Shown here: one piece after another, positions 12,960 through 25,430 of the stretch | Numbering within the stretch: the first letter of the stretch is position 1 | Layout of the letters: each line of letters opens with the position of its first letter | NCBI RefSeq assembly: GCF_037042905.1 | Contig: NC_087252.1 | Location: 19,036,001-19,100,000 of the forward strand | DNA length: 64,000 bases | Direction: 5' to 3' | Source of the DNA: Lytechinus pictus | Lineage: Eukaryota | The notes under the pieces: model-generated | Database searches by the model: none | Told to the model about the DNA's origin: nothing | The model's input: only the letters and a program-made list of their open reading frames with translations | Program-made: the position numbers and the translations under genes

Positions 12960-13945
12960 CACTCGGCAAAAAAAGTTCTTGGACACTTAGAAAACTTTAA
13001 ATATTTCATATAGATATTTGATTAAAGGCAAATTAGTGTATGTCAACATGACCAGACAATATTCCTTCCTCTTCCAGTATGACATGACATTTTCATGTTA
13101 ACAGCCATGCATGGGCGGTTAAATGCTTTAAACAATATAAATGTCAGTAAAAGAAAATTGCAAGAAATGGACAATTCAAAAGCTAATGATCATGGCCATC
13201 CTGTAGGCATACATTCAACAATTTCAACAGGGGGTTGTTCCCATCGAGCGAACATTGTCCAAATATTTCTGGATGACCACAATGTTCAGCGCTTGGATAC
13301 ATGGCCCGCTTGTTCACCAGACATGAACCCGATTGAACACTTGTGGGATCAGCTAGGAAAATCGGTCAATCAAAGAATTCAACCAGGAGACACTCTTCAA
13401 GATGTCCGGCTTTATCTCCTGGAAGAATGGGACAAAATCACCCCAGAGCAAATTCGTCGACTTGTGACAAGCATGCGACGTCGATGTGCTGCACTCATTC
13501 AGAGCAAGGGTGGACAAACTAGATATTGAATTTTCTTTTGCTTATGCCAAGATACTGAAATTTGACATTTTTTTCATCGACTAACTTTGACTTAAAATTC
13601 CAGTGGAATAGCAATGCATCCAAGGTGGATAACTTTCTCTTCTCATTTAGAGTGGTATTTGACTTTAAGTTTGCTTTTATCATTTAATGGATATTCATGC
13701 CACATAAACTTTCACAACTGAAAGAATGACTGATCGTTTTATTGCAATTTTCTTTTACTGACATTGCTATTGTTTAAAGCATTTAACCGCCCATGCATGG
13801 CTGTTAACATGAAAATGTCATGTCATACTGGAAGAGGAAGGAATATTGTCTGGTCATGTTGACATACAATAATTTGCCTTTAATCAAATATCTATATGAA
13901 ATATTTTAAGTTTTCTAAGTGTCCAAGAACTTTTTTTGCTGAGTG
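12960..13945 (+). mobile_element. Internally deleted (non-autonomous) Tc1-family transposon with ~200-bp TIRs
   Basis: TA|CACTCGGCAAAAAAAGTTCTTGGACAC...GTGTCCAAGAACTTTTTTTGCTGAGTG|TA. TIRs ~12960-13163 and ~13742-13945 are near-identical. Only the transposase C-terminus remains (WPACSPDMNPIEHLW...SMRRRCAALIQSKGGQTRY, stop at 13529). Confidence 0.93.
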
Positions 13946-14064
13946 TATATATATATATATATATTATATATATATATATATGAAGAGAACAATGGTAGTC
14001 GTAGCTTAAATCAAGGTTCCCCAGAGCTATCTATCCTTTGGAAAAATTGGTGATACCGAAAACA

Positions 14065-14135
14065 TGTCTCTGCCGGGAATCGAACCCGGGTCCCAGCTTT
14101 GAACGCCAGTGCCTTAACCACTAGACCACAGAGAC
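14065..14135 (-). tRNA. Second copy of the UCA tRNA-like gene (71 nt)
   Basis: Reverse complement gives the same cloverleaf with a C-to-T change (G-U wobble) in the anticodon stem and a variable loop 1 nt shorter; followed by TGTTTT. Confidence 0.6.
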
Positions 14136-14723
14136 GGGTTAATGGCTAGGGCGACCCCGATCCGGTTGACCGTCAGATAGACAGATTTTCGGCACTATAC
14201 CAATTATAATTTCCTTTGTCGGGTGTAGGTGACAATGACAAGCCGCCATGCCTCAGCTGGATCAAAGCTATTACAGTACACGTATGGGGGAAAGTATACA
14301 AATGTGTGAAATTATACATGTACAACAGCTTTGGCAACTCTTTTATTTAAATATTTTGTGAAAGAAATGGATGAAGAGAACAATGATAGGCGTAGCTTAA
14401 ATTAAGGTTCCCCAGAGCTATCTACCCTTTTAAAAAAAATTGGTGATGCCGAAAAAATGTCTCTGCCGGGAATCGAACCCGAGCCCCCAGCTTTAAATAA
14501 AAGAGTTGCCAAAGCTAATGTACATGTATAATTTCACACATTTGTATACTTTCTCCCATACGTGTACTGAATCAAAGCAATAGCTTTGATCCAGCTGAGG
14601 CATGGCGGCTTGTCATTGTTCAAAACCCACCTACACCCGACAGAGGAAATTATAATTCGTATCGTGTCGAAAATCTGTCTATCTGACGGTCAACCGGATC
14701 GGGGTCGCCCTAGCCACTAACCC

Positions 14724-14795
14724 GTCTCTGTGGTCTAGTGGTTAAGGCACCGGCGTTCAAAGCTGGAGGCCCGGGTTCGATTCCCGGCAGAGACA
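14724..14795 (+). tRNA. tRNA-like gene, anticodon UCA (opal-suppressor-type), 72 nt; may be a repeat-borne pseudogene
   Basis: GTCTCTG TG GTCT AGTGGTTA AGGC A CCGGC GTTCAAA GCTGG AGGC CCGGG TTCGATT CCCGG CAGAGAC A. All four stems pair. A box TGGTCTAGTGG, B box GGTTCGATTCC, followed immediately by T7. G32 is atypical. Confidence 0.7.
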
Positions 14796-15131
14796 TTTTT
14801 TCGGCATCACCAATTTTTCCAAAGGGTAGATAGCTCTGGGGAACCTTGATTTAAGCTACGCCTACCATTGTTCTATTCATCCATTTCTTTCACAAAATAT
14901 TTAAATAAAAGAGTTGCCAAAGCTGTTGTACATGTATAATTTCACACATTTGTATACTTTCCCCCATACGTGTTCTGTATCAAAGCAATAGCTTTGATCC
15001 AGCTGAGGCATGGCGGCTTGTCATTGTTCAAAACCAACCTACACCTGACAAAGGAAATTATAATTGGTATAGTGTCGAAAATCTGTCTATCTGACGGTCA
15101 ACCGGATCGGGGTCGCCCTAGCCACTAACCC

Positions 15132-15194
15132 GTCTGTGTGGTTAAGGCACCGGCGTTCAAAGCTGGGGGCCCGGGTTCGTTCCCGGCAGAGACA
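15132..15194 (+). pseudogene. Degenerate copy of the UCA tRNA-like gene
   Basis: Deletion in the D-arm/A box (gtctgtgtggttaagg) and 1 nt lost from the T-loop (ggttcgttcc). Confidence 0.7.
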
Positions 15195-15346
15195 TTTTTT
15201 CGGCATCACCAATTTTTCCAAAGGGTAGATAGCTTTGGGGAACCTTGATTTAAGCTACGCCTACCATTGTTCTCTTCATCCATTTCTTTCACAAAATATT
15301 TAAATAAAAGAGTTGCCAAAGCTGTTGTAGATGTATAATTTCACAC

Positions 15347-15389
<43 letters not shown>

Positions 15390-18300
15390 TTTGATATGAG
15401 TTTCCCATTGTATGTTTAGAATAGATTACCGTGATGAATGCTTAGCAAACATTTATATAGATGAAGATTATGGTGGCAATTAGTTCCCATATCTAACGTT
15501 GAAACCGGTAATTGTTACTTTTAATTAAAGAAAATATACTTTTCATAGCTACATTTTGTTATGTGAAATGAGCGGCAGTCATTTTTATTAATTTAGGTAA
15601 GCATCAATATTAGGTATCTTATATATTGCGTTAGATCAGAAAGCTAGATTTGAATATTATTTTTGGGGTAGTTGTTGGTTGAAATATAAATAAGTGATGA
15701 TAAGAATGACCCTATCTGCTAAATTTTGACATTTCTAATATATTTTTAAGCGGTAAGGTGAGGATAAAGACCAATCCTGAGGAATTTAGACATTTCTACC
15801 CAAAATTCATGTGATATTAGATTTCTTAAATTTCATTGTTTTAATCACAATACGCGTTTTGGTAAAAGTATGATAAATTGATCTAAAAAAAATTTAAACA
15901 TAGAATGAATGAATATTCTTCATATATAGGTATTCATGATAACACGGACTAAATTGGAATAAAGTAAACTAGGAAATCTCTAACTGACACAGGTCAAAGA
16001 TATAAAAAAATCGCCTATTATTTGCGACACTCAGTTCATATAACTTAGGGTGGGTGTATATATTTCATGGTAATTTACTAAAAGTAACTCTAAACTTTTA
16101 ATTTGGACAAGTTGATTTTACGGGTTGTTACATTGTTATGATTTCAGTGCAATAACGTGAGTTGTCCCCTAGAGCAAACATTACATGATGGGAACATTTA
16201 TTGCAAGTAAAATTATTTTAAGTTTGTTTTTTTTTTCTTCAAATTATGACTCATTTATGTTTTAATAAGTAGACATGCATTTTCCCATGTTTGGTTAAGG
16301 AAACGGTCTTTCAATCATTAACTCAATTGATTTACAGCCTCTCCCTCTAGCCTGCCAATAATAAATGCAATTCAAAATACACTGTATAATCAAAAGAAGT
16401 GTGGAGGTATTTGAATACAGGTGTTAATAAGAATCCATATCCAATAATTATTCGCCTGTACATAGTATTACGCGTTATGCCAACAATACAGCAACAGATT
16501 TCTGTTTGTTTCTGTTTCTGTTTGTGGTAACTCCCGTAGGAACTCGGCAGGACAGCATTTTGCTGGTGAACGCCAAGCTGGTATAAAACCAATTACCTAT
16601 GAAAAATTTCGTCACACAACACCTGTCAAAAATCTGGTTGGTTTAGTCAGTTAGTCATTTTTTTCCTGCGATAAACCCATTTACTCTTGATCCCTAAGTT
16701 ATCACTCATTGCCATTCTCCTCTTTATAGATTCTTACAAGAACGTTTCATCTATGTTCAAAAAAAAGTTTATTAAACAAATTGTTGATTATTACCTCTTA
16801 TATTCTGTCTAAATTAAAATTATGTAGATGGAAAGTCAATCCAAAATATTGTGGTCATGGACCAATTCAAAATTGGACTGATTGGATGGAAACTTTCGAT
16901 TGAATAAGATTGAATTCTAAATCTACCAGACTGAAAAATTCAATCCAATGTTGTTATTGGCCCCTGCTCGGAACCCATTTCAATCTAAACAATTAAGAGA
17001 GTTCACCCTTCTCAACATGATACTAGTCTGCAGGCACAGAGCCTTAATTTCACAATTCGCATAGTGCATAATTCAGTCTGAAGTAATGAGACTAGATACA
17101 ATATGTAGTCTGGCTGGCTCTACAGACAGAGTCTTTGGATTCTAGTCTTCACTGTAGACCTGTTATTGGTGTCAAATATGAGTCTGTGACTGCAGACTAT
17201 TTGATACAGTCACACCAACGAAATCGTTCAAAATCGACCGATGGTATGTCACTGGAAATAACGTAATACGTTTCGGGGGGTCTTGAAATCGTTTCGCTTG
17301 TGTTTCTATGGCATAGAAATCACAGTGGTTTCATAAATCCTGGCTGGCCTTTTATTATCTGATGGCGCTCTTTCATAAGATCAAATGTATACCCATGCGG
17401 CAAACTGTGGACTCGTGGCTCATTTTGCCTAATGGATAACTTTTAAAGAGCGATCAAAGAATTTGCCTATGCAACCATTTTATTTTTATTTACCTTTTGC
17501 ACCGATCATTTTCTGAGTGCGTGTGGCCTTTTTAAAACTCCCCAATCAACACAACTAGTATTACTTATTTAATCCTGTTGTATGTCGCCTAGAACAGTCA
17601 GGTGCAGTACTTGACTGAAAGTGACCTGATAGAGACTGGAGCAATAAATATCTCTGGACATTATGTAGGTCTTTGAAACAGTTACAATTAAAGATTCGAT
17701 TTGATGTATTATAGCACATTTAACTTCTGCATGTCTAACATGATTAGGTTGGTCTTAAGCAGATATATTTTATCATGAAAGTAAACACTCTGGTTTTTGT
17801 TATGTTTAGTCTACCTCGCATATATCTATAAACATATCTGGATCGGTATCGGGACATTTATATATACTACTTGGATGCGTGAATTCTTGCATTCTTTACT
17901 AGAATCCAATACCACATGCTGTCTATATTCTGAAAAAATATTTATTAAAAATATTTAGGAAATTGTGATATGGACTAAGCTTTGTTTCAGTATTATATAT
18001 CATTGTCAACGAAAAATTCGTATCAGGTTTTAATTTCAAACCGCAGACTCCCACCTGCACTTAATCAAATATAGTTATAGATATTCAAATGCAGTCTTGG
18101 ATTTTATCTTCATGAAATGTATTACAAAGACCATGAACCCGCTGATAATAAAGCAATAAAACTGTGTTTACAGTGTTCCTATATGACTCGCTTAAATATC
18201 ATTTAGAAAACTATCATTAGCAGGCATTATGATATCAGTTTATTGATAAGGTAAATTGCCTTGTTTTTTATTTGGTGATACGATTTTTATTGTTATCAAA

Positions 18301-18755
18301 CAGTGTTAAAATCTTACAGCACACACGCTATGTACATGATGTACAAGAGAAAAGGCGGCGCCATGATGTTTGTCAATGAGGGCAAGATGATCTTTATGAC
18401 GTCATATTTTTTTATTTATTGAATAACAGGAATAATATATATATATTTACACGACTTACTATATACGTCTCATTTTTCCAGTCTTATTCCTTATTCTGTC
18501 CCTTTCTTCCGTTTTGTTCATTTTAATTACTTATTTCCACTATTAAAAAATAGAATCATAGGGATGATCGCCCCCTCCCCCCGTCCGTCCGTCGCAACAC
18601 TTCTTCGTGTAGGGCATAAGCGTTTTGTATCTTCCGAAACATATTCATAATCATATTTCATGTCACGCTCTAATCTTCAATTTAATAAAGCTGTCATTAA
18701 TGTTTGATTTCCCTTTATTCACTCTAACTATTTTTACTGGTGGCGCTCTTATATA

Positions 18756-20090
18756 CAGTGCGTATAAAAAAACGGGACAGATTTGAAAAGTCTATAATTT
18801 TTTGTTTCAAATTACGATGTCTATATTTTGGTTTTAATAGGTGCTCTGAAGTCATATCTTTCGAATGCCATTAAAAATATTTCGTTTCGCTCATGCTTGA
18901 GTGAACACGGAATGTTTTTGTCTAAGTTTGAAAAGGAGGCTTGCGCCAAAATAGCATAAAGTTATAAATATGACGATCGGACTTCTTGCTAATCAGCAGA
19001 CCCCTCTTAACCTTTTCATTATCTTTGCCATAATTTTCAAATTATGCAGTCAAAGTTAATTTTTAAATCTGTTTATTTTCTTGAATCGTTCTTTTTTTTT
19101 TTTTTTAATATGTTCTTTTAGCTTTGAATATTCCTTCTTTAAGCAAAAACAAATATTTTTCAATCGAAGTATGGGAGAGCGTGTATTTTTGTTTCAAATC
19201 CTTTTTATTGTGTGCTACAAAGGCTATGGTGCCTTTGAACAGTGGCATACAGATGGGCGGGGGCTAGGGTGCTCCCCCAATAAAAAAAGGAAAAAAGTGG
19301 AAAGGAAATAAAAGGAAAAATAGAAAGTTAAACATGATTTATTTTCTGAACATCATGTCAAAATATATCACAAAATTTGATATTTTAATTTAAAAATGTG
19401 GAAATTTTGCTCGCTCGCTTCGCTCGCTCACAACTTTTTGATACATTTATCCGATTTCCCATATCTAGCTCCTTCAAAATTGACTCAATACACCATTGCC
19501 ATTGAAAGACATGAATCTTTCCTGTTTGTCCTGTCAAGCACATAATTCCTTTGTCAAGGAATCAATAACCCCCTGAAAATAGGATTCATGTTTTTAAAAG
19601 GTACCATAATTCGTTCCACATAATAAAAGGATTTAAATAATTACAGTTTTCCCAATTAGTAGTGCAAATCTTCTTGCTTGGGTTGACAAAAAGTCTTCTT
19701 TTCTTACTTATGAAAGAAAATTCAAAGGTAAAAGAAGTTATGAATTAAAAACAAAATAATTCAAGTAAATCATTGAATTTGTAAATTATATTTGACAGCA
19801 TAATTCGAAAATTATGGCACAGACAATGAAAAGGTTTAAAGGAGGTCTGCTGTTTAGCAAGAATTCTGATCATCAAATTTCTCATTTCTGCCATTTTGGC
19901 GCAAGCCTCATTTTGAATCCTCGACAAAAACGTCCCGTGTTCACCCAAGCATGAACAAAATTTATTTTCTTAAATGGCATTTCAAAGATAAGATTTCAGA
20001 GCATCTATTAACATCAAAATATAGATATCATAATTTGAAACAAATCTTTTATAGACTTTTCAAAACTGTCCCGTTTTTTTATACGCACTA
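18756..20090. mobile_element. Non-autonomous Tc1/mariner-type element with long imperfect TIRs, TA target duplication
   Basis: CAGTGCGTATAAAAAAACGGGACAG...CTGTCCCGTTTTTTTATACGCACTA. Copies 2 and 3 carry the empty site ggcgctcttatatataccggga (~24110, ~29005), showing a 2-bp TA duplication. Confidence 0.9.
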
Positions 20091-20509
20091 TATACCGGGA
20101 CGGGTACTATAGGAAAAGGGCGGACTTTCATAAAGAAAATCAATTGTAACTACTCATCTTATTTGCAATATGCACCAGTTCAAGAACTTGTATTACTTCA
20201 CGAATGCGAATTGACAATTTAACATTGCTTAATATTCAACTAGTTTTCTCATAGCTCATTTAATCCCAATCTTCGATCAGCTTACTCGCTAAACGGGTAC
20301 ACTTCTACAAGGCTTTGTTTGAAATGGAGTAATGTCACTCCCAATATATCGACAAAGCGGGGTCCAGTAAGGTAAGAAAAGAAATTAAAGCGAAGAAAAA
20401 AAAGATGGTGGCGAATAAGGTAAAAGAATATTTGGTTTCGGAATGAAAAAAAGGTGATTTCGACGAAATCAGAGAAAAGAGAGGGACAAACGAAACAGTA
20501 TACATGTAA

Positions 20510-21130
20510 GGTAGGGTGACGAATTCAGATAAATAAGAGTGACGATTAAGACACTAAAGTAGGGGTAACGAAACCAGAGAATAGAGAATGACGAACAATA
20601 CAGTAGAAGGCAGGGTGACGAAACCAGATAAATAAGAGTGACGAATAAGACACTCAAGTAGGGGTAACGAAACCAGAGAATAGAGAGTGACGAACAAGAC
20701 AGTAGAAGGTAGGGTAACGAAACCAGAGAAAAGAGAGTAACGAACAAGACAGTAGAAGGTAGGGTGATGAAGCCAGAGGAAATGGAGTGACGAAGAAGGC
20801 AGTAGGAGGTAGAATAACGAAACCAAAGAAAAGAGAGTGACGAACAAGTCAGTAGAAGGCAGGGTGACGAAACCAGAGAAAAGAGAGTGAAGATCATGAC
20901 AGTACAAGGTAGGGTGACAAAACCAGATAAAAGAGGTTGACGAACAAGACAGTAGAAAGTAAGTTGACGAAACCATGGAAAAGAGGAAGACGAACAAGAC
21001 AGTACAAGGTAGGGTGACGAAACCAGAGAAAAGAGAGTGACGAACAGGACGGTAGAAGGTAGGGTAACGAAACCAGAGAAAAGAGAGTAACGAACAAGAA
21101 AGTAGAAAGTAAGTTGACGAAACCAAGGAA
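20510..21130. repeat. 50-bp purine-rich minisatellite, array 1
   Basis: Consensus gtagggtgacgaaaccagagaaaagagagtgacgaacaagacagtagaag. Confidence 0.95.
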
Positions 21131-24100
21131 AAAACCAAGGAATCTACGATTTTATTTCCACGGCATTTACTAAACCTTTTGTGATTATTATATAGATATA
21201 TATATATTCATTTGATATGAATTTCCCATAGTATGTTTATAATAGATTACCATGAAGAAGGCATAGCAAACATTCATATTTCAAATAGGAGATGGGTATT
21301 TAGTTCACAAATTTAACGTTGTTATCTGTGACTGTTACTTTGAACTGCAGCAATAAACTTCTCATAACTACATTTTGTTATGTTAAATGAGCAACAGTCA
21401 TTTCTATTAATTTATGTAAACATCAATATTAGGTGTCGTATATATTGCGTTAGATCAGAAAGCTACATTTGAATATTATTTCCGGGGCGGTTGTTTTTGG
21501 TTGAAAGAGAAATAAGTGATAAAAAGAATGACCCTATCTGCTAAATTTTGAAATTTTAAACATACTTTTATGCGATGAGGTGAGGTAGTCCGATCCTGAG
21601 GAATTTAGACATTTTTACCCAAAACTCATCTGATATCAGATGATCTAAGATTTCATCACGAGTTGTTCAATCGTTATAATTTTAGTGCGATAACGTAAAA
21701 TATTCCATAGAGCAAACATTACAGGATGAGACCATTTATTGCAGGTAAAGTTCGATCATTTTTTTTCAAATTATGATGCATTCATCTTTCAATAAGTAGA
21801 CATGCATTTTCCCATGTTTGGTTAAGGAAACGGTCTATCAATCATTAACCCAACTGATTTATAGCCTTTCCTACTAGCCCTCAAATAATAAATGCAATTC
21901 AAATTACACTGTATAATCAAAAGAAGTGTGGAAGTATTATAATACAGGTGCTAATAAGAATTCAAATGCAACAGTTATTCGCCACTACATTGTATTACAG
22001 GTTATGTCAACAATACAGCAACAAAATGCAATCCGTCACACAACACCTATCAACAATCTGGTTGTTTCAGTCAGTTAATCATTTTTTTCCTGCGACAAAC
22101 CAGTTTACTTTTGATCCCGAAGCCAGCTCTCCTTGCCATTCTTCTCCTTATACATGTTATAGATTCTTACAAGAGCGTTTCGTCTATGTTAAAAAAAAGT
22201 TTATTAACAGATTTGTGATATATTCTCTCTAAATTCTGTAGATTTAAAAGTCAATCCAAAGGACTGTGGTCAGGGACCAATCTCAAATTGGATGGAAAGA
22301 TTCGATCGAATAAGATTGAATTCTAAGTCTATCAAACTGAAAAATTCAATCTAATTTTTGATTGGGCCCAGCTCGCAACCTAATTCAGTCTAAAGAGTTT
22401 AGAGAGTACACCCTTCTCAACATGATACTAGTCTGCAGGCACAGACCCTTAATTTTGCAATTCGCATAGTGCATAATGCAGTCTGAAGTAGTGAGACTAG
22501 ATTCAATATGTACTCTAGCTGGCTCTACAGAGTCTTTGGAGTCTAGTCTTCACTCTAGACCTGTTATTGGTTGAAGTGTCAAATATGAGTATGTGACTGC
22601 AGACTATTTGATACAGTCACACCAACGAAATCGTTCAAAATCGACCGAATGTATGTCACTGGAAATAACGTAATACATTTCGGGGGTCTTGAAATCGTTT
22701 CGCCTGTGTTTCTGTGGCATAGAAATCACATTGATATCATAAATCCTGGCTGGCTTCTTATCAACTGATGGCGCTCTTTCATAAAATCAAATATACACCC
22801 CTACGGCAAACTATGGACTCTCGGCTAATTTTGCCTAATCGATAACTTTATACAGGGTGATCAAAACATTTTCCTATGCAACCATTTTTATTATTGTTCA
22901 CCTTTTGCACCAACCATTTTCTGAGTGCAAGTGACCTTTTTAAAACTACCCAATCAACACAACTAGTATTACTTATTTAATCATGTTATATGTCGCCTAG
23001 ACCAATCAGGTGCAGCAATTGCCTGAAAGTGACATGATAGAGACTGGAGCGATATATATCTCTGGACATTATTTAGGTCTTTGAAACAGTTAACTTCTGC
23101 ATGTCTAACATGGCTAGGTTAGTCTTAATCAGCTATTTATTATATTAAAGGTAAACACATGTTTGTTTTGGACGTTTAGTTTACCATGCACATATACAAA
23201 AACATAAAAACAGTATCCGGACATTTATATGTAGTATTTGGATGTGTGTATTTTTGTAGGAAATTAACTAGAATCCAGTACCACATGCTGTCTATATTCA
23301 CAAAGATGTTTATTCCAATTTTTTAAGGAAATTGTAATATGAACTAAGCTTTGTTTCAGTGTAATATATTATCGTCAACGGAAATTCGTATCAAGTTTCA
23401 ATTTCAAACCGCCAACTAGCACCTGCACTTAATCAAATAAAGTTGTAGATATTCAAATGCAGTCTTGCATTTTTATCTTTATGAAATGTAAACAAAGACC
23501 ATGAACCCGCTGATAATAAATCAATAAAACTGTGTTTACAGTGTTCCTATATGACTCGTATAAATATCATTTAGAAAACTATCAATAGCGGCATTACGAT
23601 ATCAGTTTATTGATAAGGTAAATTGCCTTGTTTTTTAGTTGGTGATGCGATTTTTATTGTTATCAAACAGTGTTAAAATTGTACTGCACACACGCTATGT
23701 ACATGATGTACAATAGAAGAGGCGGCGCTATAATGTTTTGTTAGTGAGGGCGAAATGATCTACATGACGTGATATTTTGTATTCATTGAATAACAGGAAT
23801 AATATAGATTTACACGACTTACTGTATACGTCTCATTTTTACAGTCTTATTCCTCATTTTATCCCTTTCTCCCGTTTAGTTCATTTTAATTACTGTTTTC
23901 ACTTTTAAAAATAAAATCATAGGGATGGTCGCCCCCCCCCCCCCCCGGACGCCCGTCGCAGCACTTCTTTGTGTAGGGCATATGCGTTATCTTGTGTAAT
24001 CTTCCGAAACATGATCATAATGTTTTATGTACACGCTCTAATCCTCAACTTCATAAAGATGTCATAAACATTTGATTTGCCTTTATTTACTCATATTTTC

Positions 24101-24539
24101 ATACTGGTGGCGCTCTTATATATACCGGGACGGATACTATAGGAAAAGGGCGGAGTTTCATGAAGTAAATCAATTTTAACTACTGATCTTATTTGCAATG
24201 TGCACCAGTCCAAGAACTTGTATCACTTCACGAATGCGAATTGACTAACATTGCTTAATATTCAACTAGGTTTCTCATAGCTCATTTAATCCCAATCTTC
24301 GATTAGCTTGCTTGCTAAACAGGTACACTTTTACAAGGCTTTGTTTGAATTAGAGTGGTGTCGTTACATTCACTACCAATATATCGACAAAGCGGGGTCC
24401 GGTAAGATAAAAAAAATTAAAGCGAAGAAAAAAAAGAGGGTGGCGAATAAGGTAAAAGAATATTTGGTTTCGGAATGAAAAAAAGGTGATTTCGACGAAA
24501 TCAGAGAAAAGAGAGGGACAAACGAAACAGTATACATGT

Positions 24540-25430
24540 AAGGTAGGGTGACGAATTCAGATAAATAAGAGTGACGATTAAGACACTAAAGTAGGGGTAA
24601 CGAAACCAGAGAATAGAGAATGACGAACAATACAGTAGAAGGCAGGGTGACGAAACCAGAAAAATAAGAGTGACGAATAAGACACTCAAGTAGGGGTAAC
24701 GAAACCAGAGAATAGAGAGTGACGAACAAGACAGTAGAAGGTAGGGTAACGAAACCAGAGAAAAGAGAGTAACGAACAAGACAGTAGAAGGTAGGGTGAT
24801 GAAGCCAGAGGAAATGGAGTGACGAAGAAGGCAGTAGGAGGTAGAATAACGAAACCAAAGAAAAGAGAGTGACGAACAAGTCAGTAGAAGGCAGGGTGAC
24901 GAAACCAGAGAAAAGAGAGTGAAGATCATGACAGTACAAGGTAGGGTGACAAAACCAGATAAAAGAGGTTGACGAACAAGACAGTAGAAAGTAAGTTGAC
25001 GAAACCATGGAAAAGAGGAAGACGAACAAGACAGTACAAGGTATGGTGACGAAATCAGAGAAAAGAGAGTAACGAACAAGACAGTAGAAAATAGGGTGAC
25101 GAAACCAGAGAAAAGAGAGTAACGAACAAGACAGTAGAAACTAGGGTGACAAAACCAGAGAAATGAGGGTGACGAACAAGACAGTAGAAGGTAGGGTGAC
25201 GAAAAAAGAGAGTGACGAACAGGGGAGAAGAAGGCAGGGTGACGAGACCAGAAAAAAGAGAGTGAAGAACAAGACAGTAGTAGGTAGGATAACGAAACAA
25301 GAGAAAAGAGAGTAACGAGCAAGAGAGTAGAAGGTAGAGTGACTAAACCAGAGAAAGAGAGCGACGAACAAGACAGTAGAAGAAGGTAGGGTGACGAAAC
25401 CAGAGAAAAGAGAGTGACGAACAAGACAGC
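24540..25430. repeat. 50-bp minisatellite, array 2
   Basis: Same consensus; the first ~500 bp is nearly identical to array 1. Confidence 0.95.

Larger units (their letters stand above)
13980..15350. repeat. Tandem-plus-inverted array of a ~390-410-bp tRNA-containing unit, embedded in (TA)n
   Basis: About 1.3 units in minus orientation (13980-14494) abut about 2.1 units in plus orientation (~14492-15350); (TA)n on both sides. Confidence 0.9.

Noticed and set aside
13095..13529. 144-aa ORF as a functional gene
   Set aside because: The N-terminal half is translated TIR sequence; only the last ~95 aa are transposase, lacking the first two catalytic Asp residues.
14724..14795. Selenocysteine tRNA or mitochondrial tRNA-Trp(UCA) insertion
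   Set aside because: Short variable loop and 7/5 fold exclude tRNA-Sec. Canonical nuclear A/B boxes, a Pol III terminator and no flanking mitochondrial sequence argue against a NUMT.
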